In this document: positions 8,601-15,172 of the stretch, one piece after another
How positions within the stretch are numbered: the stretch's first letter is position 1
Layout of the letters: every line of letters starts with the position of its first letter
Source of the DNA: an uncultured Flavobacteriales bacterium
GTDB lineage: Bacteria > Bacteroidota > Bacteroidia > Flavobacteriales_D > Sanyastnellaceae
DNA: 64,000 nt
NCBI GenBank assembly: GCA_905478795.1
Contig: CAJQJX010000006.1
Location: forward strand, 1,254 to 65,253
Direction of reading: 5' to 3'
Position numbers and translations under genes: made by a program
The notes under the pieces: model-generated
The model's database searches: none
What the model was told of the DNA's origin: nothing
What the model saw: the letters and a program-made list of their open reading frames with translations, nothing else

Positions 8601-11600
8601 CATTGCCGCAGTTGTCCGTAGCGGTAGCTGTGAACGTACGGATGAAGGAGAATGAGCCAGCGCAGGCCACGGTCGTATCGTGGTCCGTCCAGGTCAACTC
8701 AACCGAAGGCGGAGTCCCGCCACAGTTGTCCTCTGCTGTGATGGCCGGCAGGCCCAAGGCATCCGTAGACAAGTCTGCGTTGCAATCGGCATCGGCCGTG
8801 ACCGTCACGTCTGCAGGGCAGTCGAGGGACACTGTTGGAGGCGTCTCGTCGTACAGCTGGATGAACTGCTCAAACATGTTGGCGTTGCCACAATCATCTT
8901 CGTAAGTGTAGGTGCGCATGTACATGCCCACAGGCTGCACACAACCTCCGCTGAACGGAGTGTCGAAGAAGGTCACGGTGACATCGCTGCCACACTCGTC
9001 CATGACTTCGATGAAGATGTTCTCGTCGCTGTTCTCGTCGCTGTATTCCTCACAAGAAATGGAGAGGGTCGTCTCGCCAGAGACCAAGATTGGAGCGGTT
9101 TCGTCCACCACCGTAATGGTCTGGTGGGCAAGGGTACTGTTGCCGCAATCGTCCACAAATGTCCAGGTGCGGTCGACGGTGTAGCTGCCCACGCAGAGCT
9201 GGGCATAGACACTGTCTTCTTCCCAAGTATATGCCACGTCGGTATCAAAGTTGTCCTCGGCTCCAAAGGCGCCGTAAGTCATCTCAGAATCGTAATCGAG
9301 GCAGGACACGGTGGTGTCTTCTACAAATACGACGGGCCCAAGAGCATCCACCAAGGTGATGTTCTGCTCACAGCTTGAGTTGTTGTCGCAGAAATCAGCA
9401 GCCGTGAACGTACGTGTGAACGACATGGTTCCTTCCGGAGTGTTGTCGTCGCCGTCACAGTCAACTTGGAAGTTTCCATCGCTGTATGTGATCGTGAGGT
9501 CTTCCCAAGCGCTGCAATTGTCCGTCGCCATGGCCATGCCCAAGGCAGTGGTCGTGGTGTCGTCTGCGATGTCCTGATCCAACATAACAATGGTGTCGGC
9601 TGGGCAGGTAATCATGGGGTTCGTGTCGTCGTACAAGGCGATGTACTGCTCGGCAATGCCCACGTTTCCGCAGTCGTCCGTTGCCGTCCAGATGCGCATC
9701 CAGCTTCCAGGGCAGGAGCCGCTCAACGGCCAAGCCTCAATGCTAATGGTCAGATCACCGTCACAGTTGTCAAAGACCTCGAGAGGCGACTGTGTAGGAT
9801 CGAGGGGGTCTGTGAGGTCCTCACAAGAGACGGGCTCATATGGAGGGTATGCACCGAATTCTGGGGCAGACTGGTCGGCCGCAGTGATGTTCTGAACACA
9901 GCTCACCGTGTCGCCCACGTTGCCGCACGCGTCTGTAGCATAAGCATAGAACGTACGCTCAAAGGTGTAGGTGCCATCGGCACTTCCGTCGCTGTCATCG
10001 CAGACGGAAATCGAGGGACCATCCATGTGGTACCATGAGATTTCAGGGTCGGCATCACAACCGTCCTCGGCAAGGATTTGAGGCATGCCGAGCAGCGTGT
10101 AGTCCACATCTGCTGTGCAGTCTGTTCCAAGGATAACCGTGGTGTCAGCAGGACATTCCAACATTGAAATGACCGGCGCTGTGACGTCTACCAACGTCAG
10201 CATCTGTGTGCAGGACTCCATGGCGACATTGCCACAGTGGTCTTCTGAAACCGCGAAGAACGTCCGTGTGATTTCATAGGTGCCGTTGCCATCTTCACAA
10301 GTGTAGATGGGGTCGCTGTCCTCAACAGTGTAGCTCAGAGTCGGAGCAGCGTCGCAGTTGTCGGTGCTGAAAATCTCCACTTCTCCACTTTGAGTGGGGT
10401 CGAGTTCGCCCATGCAATCGGCATCCAATTCCACCACCACATCGGCTGGACAGTTGATTTCAATCGTCGGAGCAATGGTGTCAATCAACAGGATGAATTG
10501 GTGGGAGCTCGACATGTTGCCGCAGGCGTCAATCACGATGTACTCAACGTCCCAAGTAGGCGCTGGGCTCACGCAACCACCAGACATGGGCTCACATTGG
10601 ATGTAAGCCGTGTCAATCTCACAATTGTCGGTCCAAGAGGCAAAGCCAAGTCCGGTCAGAACGTCCATGTCGCAGGCCCATTCGTCGCAAGAGATGGAGA
10701 CTTCCACAGCGCTCAATTCAATCATGGGTGCGATCTGGTCGATCACTTCGATGGTCTGCACCCCAGAGACGCTCGCAGCGTTTCCGCAGCCGTCCTCGGC
10801 ACTGGCCGTCCATGTCCTCAGAATGGTGTAGCAACCATCGCTGATGGCGTCTACAATTTCGTCGGTATAGCTAACGTCTCCAGATACGGAGCTGCAGTCG
10901 TCGGTGAAGTCGGCCGAAGCCTCTCCAGTGAAATTGGTGCCCGTCTCAACGGAACAGTCGCCCATGACAGATACGGAAAGGTCGCCGGGGAGCATGAGGT
11001 CAATGGCAGGAGCCACGGTGTCGACCACATGAATCAGCTGTGTGCAGGTGCCCACATTGCCAAAGAGGTCTTCAGCACTCCACGTGCGCTCGATGGTGTA
11101 GCAACCAGCGTCTGTCTGGTCGATGATGACATCTCCGAGGATGCTGACAGGAATGCTGTCGAGATCGTCGCAATTGTCCACTACAGTCACAGTGGCCACC
11201 ATTGGAATGTCTTCCGTACAGGCCACAGTCGCTTCACCAGGGCAACCGATGAAGGTTGGCGCGATGGTATCAACGCGGCAGATCTGCTGCTCGACATTGT
11301 AAGAACCACATGAATCAACGAATGTGTAGATGTTGGTCGTGCACATCTCGTCGTAGTCAAAGTACTCTGTTTCGAGGCTCAGGTCGACGATCACGTCGCC
11401 CAGGGCTCCGGATACGGGCACGCCGGAAATTTGGCCTTCCCATGCATACCAACCGCCGAGACCAAACTCGCAGTTGTGGTCGTTGGCCGCTTCACCTACT
11501 TGGAAACCAAAGTGCTCGTTGACAGGAGCGTGGTTCAAGCTGAGCAAGCTGCCATCAAAAGAACCGGTACCGTTCAAGTAGCTCTGGTCGTTTTTCAAAG

Positions 11601-14600
11601 TGTAGATCAGCCAAGAATCGGTGTCCACATCGACGCAGGAGTATGCATACTTGAACCCTTTGCCCATGGCTTCCCACTCAGGACCTGTCACCCCGTTTTC
11701 AAACACGAGGAAGACATCGAATCCCTGGGTAGCGTCTGCGCTGTTTTCAATGGTACCAGAGAGGACGGCAGTTCCGTTGTTGTACTGGACAAATTCCAGT
11801 CCATTGCCGCTCTCCACAAAATAGTCGGAGGCTGCAAGGCCTTGCATTTGAAGGCCATAGATGCGCAAAGCGCCGTCAGGACCCACACCCAATGCCGTGT
11901 TGGCTTCACCCGAAATCAAGGAGTCAATTGCGGGAAGGGTAACACACGCTGAGGCGTCAGTGGTCACGCCTGTGCAGGCGTTGTACACCGAAGCGTCGTC
12001 GACACAAGTGATGGCAGCGAGGTCATCGAGACACTGCACCGTATAGTCCTGAAGGGACTCATCGATCACCAAGCACAAGGGGTCACAATCGTCGAGCTCA
12101 ATGGGGTCGCCGTTGCAGTCAAAGCCTGGCTCGGCATAGGTACAAGAGCCATCTTCGTCTGTAGCCCCGGCATTGTAGTTGCAGGCAAATTCGTCCGTAC
12201 AGCCAGCGACTTCAAGGTCGTCACAGATGCCGTCACCGTCCACGTCGCTCAGGCAGTTGCCATTACAATCGAGGTAATCTGCTTCTGGATATGTGCAGAG
12301 GGTTCCGTCCAAGTCCGTAGCGTCCTCGTTGAAATTACAAGCGAGGAGGTCTCCGCAACCGACCACTTCCTCTTCGTCGCAGACGCCGTCGCCGTCCGCG
12401 TCATTGAGGCATGCGCAATCGCAGTCTACAAAGTCAGCTTCGCAGTATTGAGCGGGGTACACACAAGGAATACCGTCGGTGGTGGCCAGAGGGTTGTAGT
12501 TGCAAGCCTCTTCGTCCAAACAGCCTTCGATGGGGTCGCCAGACCCGAATGGGAATTGCTGGGGGTCGTCAAAAGTGCCCAAGTCGTCACCTTCTACGTC
12601 AGGAGTCAAGGTGAAATCGAGCTCATACTGCTCACAGGCATCGGCGTCCCAGAGGATAAAGGAGATCTCATCTCCAGCCGCTGCATAGATGTTCATGTTG
12701 ATCCAGCTGCCGCCCTCATAGTCAAAGGCTACACTCAGGCCTACGGTGTTTCCGCCGACCTGGGCGATCACCGTTCCTCCTGGAATGGGTGCGCCGTTGA
12801 AGAACACTTCTGCAATGACCGTAGAAGGAATCAAGGGCAGAACCTCCACCGAAGTGTCGGGTTCGTTGCAGGGGTCTTCGAAGTCACAAATGCCGTCGTT
12901 GTCAGCATCCTCTAGGCAGTTGCCATCACAATCGTACCCAGCATCTGGACCAGGTCCGTTACACACGCCGCAAGCGTCAAGCGCTCCGACACAGTCGTCC
13001 TCGTCGTCACAAATGCCATCGGCATCGGCATCGACAATGCAGTCGCCACCGCAGACGCCCAAGGCATCCAATACGTTGCCATCGCAGTCGCAGGCACCGA
13101 GAGCAATGCCGCTTCCGCCGCATTCACCGCACTCGTCGAATTCGGCACAAGAACCATCGTCGATGGTGGAGTCCGCATCGTAGTTGCAGGCGGTCTCGTC
13201 GGTACAGCCCGCGCAGCTCAAGAACTCGCAGGAGCCGTCTTCCTCGGTAGCCTCTTCCGCATAGTTGCAGGCTTCGGCATTGGTACATCCTTCCACTTCA
13301 GCTTCGTCGCAGACGCCATCGCCGTCGGCATCGTTGAGGCATGCGCCATCGCAGTCGACATAGTCGAATCCATAAAGGTCACTGGGGTAGGTGCAGAGTG
13401 AGTTGTCAGAGTCGGTGTAGTCTCCAGCGTTGCACGCTTCGGAATCTGTACAACCCAATGTCTCGTCTTCGTCACAAATGCCATCGCCGTCGTTGTCATT
13501 CAGGCAGTTCCCATCACAATCAAAGGCGTCGGTGCCATAAAGATCAAGGGGGAAAATGCAGGAGCCGTCCTCTGTGTCGGCCAAATCAAAGTAGTTACAG
13601 GCGGTGTCGTCGGTACATCCAGGGATGGGGTCTCCGCTCAAGAAAACCAGCTCTGAGGGGTCGTCAAACGTAGAGACCTCTTCACCCGTCTCGGTCACGG
13701 TCACAGAGAAGTCAATGTCATACAGCGCACATTCAGCAGCGTCAAACAGCTGGAAGTCAATCTGGTCACCAGGCTCGGCATAAATGGTCATGCTGACCCA
13801 GCTGCTGCCTTCGTATTCAAAAGCTTCGTCGACACCGGCGGTTTCACCGTTGACGGAGGCAATCAAAGTCATGCCCACAACAGCTTGTCCGTCCAAGGTG
13901 ACTTCCGCAATAAAGGAGGCGGGCACAGATGGAAGGACAGCCGGGGTAAGGTCGGGATCGTTACAAGGGTCCTCGTCGTCACAAATGCCGTCGCCGTCCG
14001 CATCAGCGAGACAATTTCCGTCACAGTCGAGACCGTCGGCGGCGTAGGAACAGGAGCCATCATCGTCGGTGGCTGTAGCGTCAAAGTTGCACGCAGTATC
14101 GTCTTGGCAACCCGCGATTTCATCGCCGTCACAAATGCTGTCGCCATCGGCATCCGCGAGGCAGTTTCCGTCACAGTCAAGTTGATCAGAACCGTAGAGA
14201 TCTTCTGGGTATTCACACGATCCATCGTCTTCAGTGGCAAGCTCATCATAGTTGCAAGCAGCTGCGTCCGCGCAGCCTGCGACCGGCCCGCCTGCGCCGA
14301 AGTAGAACGTATCACGGAATTCAGTCATCCCGTCTCCATTGATAAAGACCTGGCAATAAATCTGTCCGCTGATTTCGCCGTCCGTGGTGAACTGACCAAT
14401 GAGGACTTTGAGGTCGTCCCCAGCAATTCCGTTGGAATCTCCATTGAGGGCATACCATGCACCTCCAATGAGGTCATCAATGGCAATGCTGGAACCGGAC
14501 AAACCTCCTCCAGGATCGAAGTTGGTCACCCAGGGGTTGTCCGTGGATTGCACCGTGCTCACATTGGCTTCTCCCAGCGCGGCGTTGGGCACGCCTTCGA

Positions 14601-14982
14601 TGCCGATTGTCACCCAGCTGTCATAGACCAAATCTGGATACACGCCGAATAGAATGCTGTTAATGCCGTTGGGCGTCGCTGCACCAAGGACGGCATTGTA
14701 GAATTCTGTTGTGGTGTTGACATAAGTGGGGTTTGTCTCGTCTCCTGACACCGAGGACATGAAGTCATCGTCATTGTTCATCGTGATGTACAAACGAGAG
14801 GAGGAATAACCTGTGAGGTCGTATACGCCCAATGCGCCGACCAAGACACCGATGTTTTCACTAACGATCTCGACTTCGAGGTCATACCCCTCAGGAGCAG
14901 GGGAGGAATTGGTGGGTTGTCCAAATGCAAGGCTGCAGGACAGGGCGAAGAAAAGCCCGAAGAGCAATCGGTATAGGTTCAT
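5644..14982 (-). CDS. giant T9SS-secreted cell-surface adhesin (3112 aa): N-terminal domain, Cys/Ca-motif region, about 18 HYR-like modules, T9SS C-terminal sorting domain
   Basis: One uninterrupted ORF, 5644-15012. The ATG at 14982 gives the signal peptide MNLYRLLFGLFFALSCSLAFG-Q; an alternative ATG is at 15009. The C-terminal about 80 aa read NIVPNPTQDFAQIGFNV..INVNLYDAAGMLV..LESGVYQVRIISNE..KQFMVTE, which matches the Por/T9SS CTD pattern. Confidence 0.9.
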   Translation of the reverse strand: MNLYRLLFGLFFALSCSLAFGQPTNSSPAPEGYDLEVEIVSENIGVLVGALGVYDLTGYSSSRLYITMNNDDDFMSSVSGDETNPTYVNTTTEFYNAVLGAATPNGINSILFGVYPDLVYDSWVTIGIEGVPNAALGEANVSTVQSTDNPWVTNFDPGGGLSGSSIAIDDLIGGAWYALNGDSNGIAGDDLKVLIGQFTTDGEISGQIYCQVFINGDGMTEFRDTFYFGAGGPVAGCADAAACNYDELATEDDGSCEYPEDLYGSDQLDCDGNCLADADGDSICDGDEIAGCQDDTACNFDATATDDDGSCSYAADGLDCDGNCLADADGDGICDDEDPCNDPDLTPAVLPSVPASFIAEVTLDGQAVVGMTLIASVNGETAGVDEAFEYEGSSWVSMTIYAEPGDQIDFQLFDAAECALYDIDFSVTVTETGEEVSTFDDPSELVFLSGDPIPGCTDDTACNYFDLADTEDGSCIFPLDLYGTDAFDCDGNCLNDNDGDGICDEDETLGCTDSEACNAGDYTDSDNSLCTYPSDLYGFDYVDCDGACLNDADGDGVCDEAEVEGCTNAEACNYAEEATEEDGSCEFLSCAGCTDETACNYDADSTIDDGSCAEFDECGECGGSGIALGACDCDGNVLDALGVCGGDCIVDADADGICDDEDDCVGALDACGVCNGPGPDAGYDCDGNCLEDADNDGICDFEDPCNEPDTSVEVLPLIPSTVIAEVFFNGAPIPGGTVIAQVGGNTVGLSVAFDYEGGSWINMNIYAAAGDEISFILWDADACEQYELDFTLTPDVEGDDLGTFDDPQQFPFGSGDPIEGCLDEEACNYNPLATTDGIPCVYPAQYCEADFVDCDCACLNDADGDGVCDEEEVVGCGDLLACNFNEDATDLDGTLCTYPEADYLDCNGNCLSDVDGDGICDDLEVAGCTDEFACNYNAGATDEDGSCTYAEPGFDCNGDPIELDDCDPLCLVIDESLQDYTVQCLDDLAAITCVDDASVYNACTGVTTDASACVTLPAIDSLISGEANTALGVGPDGALRIYGLQMQGLAASDYFVESGNGLEFVQYNNGTAVLSGTIENSADATQGFDVFLVFENGVTGPEWEAMGKGFKYAYSCVDVDTDSWLIYTLKNDQSYLNGTGSFDGSLLSLNHAPVNEHFGFQVGEAANDHNCEFGLGGWYAWEGQISGVPVSGALGDVIVDLSLETEYFDYDEMCTTNIYTFVDSCGSYNVEQQICRVDTIAPTFIGCPGEATVACTEDIPMVATVTVVDNCDDLDSIPVSILGDVIIDQTDAGCYTIERTWSAEDLFGNVGTCTQLIHVVDTVAPAIDLMLPGDLSVSVMGDCSVETGTNFTGEASADFTDDCSSVSGDVSYTDEIVDAISDGCYTILRTWTASAEDGCGNAASVSGVQTIEVIDQIAPMIELSAVEVSISCDEWACDMDVLTGLGFASWTDNCEIDTAYIQCEPMSGGCVSPAPTWDVEYIVIDACGNMSSSHQFILLIDTIAPTIEINCPADVVVELDADCMGELDPTQSGEVEIFSTDNCDAAPTLSYTVEDSDPIYTCEDGNGTYEITRTFFAVSEDHCGNVAMESCTQMLTLVDVTAPVISMLECPADTTVILGTDCTADVDYTLLGMPQILAEDGCDADPEISWYHMDGPSISVCDDSDGSADGTYTFERTFYAYATDACGNVGDTVSCVQNITAADQSAPEFGAYPPYEPVSCEDLTDPLDPTQSPLEVFDNCDGDLTISIEAWPLSGSCPGSWMRIWTATDDCGNVGIAEQYIALYDDTNPMITCPADTIVMLDQDIADDTTTTALGMAMATDNCSAWEDLTITYSDGNFQVDCDGDDNTPEGTMSFTRTFTAADFCDNNSSCEQNITLVDALGPVVFVEDTTVSCLDYDSEMTYGAFGAEDNFDTDVAYTWEEDSVYAQLCVGSYTVDRTWTFVDDCGNSTLAHQTITVVDETAPILVSGETTLSISCEEYSDENSDENIFIEVMDECGSDVTVTFFDTPFSGGCVQPVGMYMRTYTYEDDCGNANMFEQFIQLYDETPPTVSLDCPADVTVTADADCNADLSTDALGLPAITAEDNCGGTPPSVELTWTDHDTTVACAGSFSFIRTFTATATDNCGNESSTSCDQTIAQEDITAPEFVDPLPEDVTVPCFDIPAVADLAAADGCDASPTISFEEEILGAEECPGTQVLIRTWTATDACGNSTSLSQTITVTDEFAPTWLTDAPADTTVSCESVPAAAVMEATDNCDDSIEVVFAEASEGGDCPQGMTITRTWSVSDCAGNQLSHVQVVTVVDTTAPVISGPLQLDIPCTEWGMDTLYATVSDNCDATVQLELLSDEEFSGSCAGSYLRTYVATDQCGNSDTLIQSIDLIDTEAPEFTLIPQDTTLSCDNDYSVGSLGAAEAMDNCDPEVDITYTDSITLFDGCAGTAELVRTWNAVDECGNNKTVDQIITLIDETDPAFNEDLPADATASCDDIPMAPTLTATDNCDPALNVTMTETLADEDLCPLDYTITRVWSVEDCAGNGISHTQVITVVDTTAPSFTTGPMDTTVACDAVPMPEALTALQADDNCDDALSYAYLGETSEDGDCENSYTLFRTWEASDCAGNATTWTQEITVVDETAPELALTFGDGTAAVDTVVSCLADVPAIAAVSIDACDDSPFLMTSVDTTNQDVCGNATLTYSYMTADDCGNMSQATITVTVLDDEAPEFLNVCGIDDGATVDVCADDFTGDSLTPETDACDVSAADNCEGEVSIALTTTAVGAFAPNDSVLQYCTTVTPEAYSAEETCNGYEVHAVRLFNFAGAEFYSTIGEGVVSQMSNGDWVIEKTIVANDNPDAGWNVSITLEDGMDYDTWSNQSFPTSYKLDCEALEDNHEDWMYWFLANGTMTGWGDYDGSFLTCTHQPANQFYRFQVGLGANNMNSHYGYSGWFTFSGMFANTPVMGSGDFFGDLDCTLPYQFEYDYTATDCSGNQAEFGYTVNVTGEVCADPESGFVGTGGNAGVSDFTPSMASSQNRGDIQVSNIVPNPTQDFAQIGFNVLQPMRINVNLYDAAGMLVSPLFNGHVNKDQMYMIDINAAQLESGVYQVRIISNECSIVKQFMVTE
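6673..11271 (-). repeat. array of about 18 divergent 80-100 aa HYR-like (Ig-like) modules (coding)
   Basis: Module boundaries recur as D-x-x-AP-x-(I/F). In order they are DTIAPTF, DTVAPAI, DQIAPMI, DTIAPTI, DVTAPVI, DQSAPEF, DDTNPMI, DALGPVV, DETAPIL, DETPPTV, DITAPEF, DEFAPTW, DTTAPVI, DTEAPEF, DETDPAF, DTTAPSF, DETAPEL and DDEAPEF. Each module carries CP-D, DNCD, RTW-A-D-CGN and C-Q-I-V motifs. Confidence 0.75.
12088..14277 (-). repeat. cysteine-rich region alternating ACNY..DGSC units with CDGNCL-D-DGDGICD (thrombospondin-type-3-like Ca-binding) units (coding)
   Basis: At least 8 copies of C(D/N)G(N/A)CL-D-D(G/N)DG(I/V)CD-E. At least 10 copies of (A/E)ACN(Y/F)-x5-7-DGSC-x-(Y/F). Confidence 0.75.
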
Positions 14983-15172
14983 GGCGCCGGTGGAATAAGC
15001 TGATAGCATCAATGATAATTACCACAAAGATGGTGAAAAACCCGACTAATTGCAATTATTTCTGCTTTCGTCGAAGAAATACACAAATTCAACGACAAAA
15101 ATTTGTGGGCGCAACGATGCCCAGAGGCCCTGTAAAGGCCCCTCACATCGGTGCATGAAAATCCTTGAGGAT

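Noticed and set aside
6673-11271. Regular periodicity that could suggest a CRISPR or other non-coding tandem array
   Set aside because: The periodicity is at the protein level (80-100 aa modules in one open frame). There are no short identical DNA repeats with unique spacers.
4129-15172. Possible genomic island or prophage remnant next to tRNA-Gln (fibre-like gene plus giant gene)
   Set aside because: I found no integrase, transposase, capsid or terminase genes. I also found no direct repeat of the tRNA 3-prime end (GAGTCCTTGTGGGGCA) at the far side near 15013-15172. The genes carry the same promoter-box style as housekeeping genes. This is more likely native surface-protein genes.
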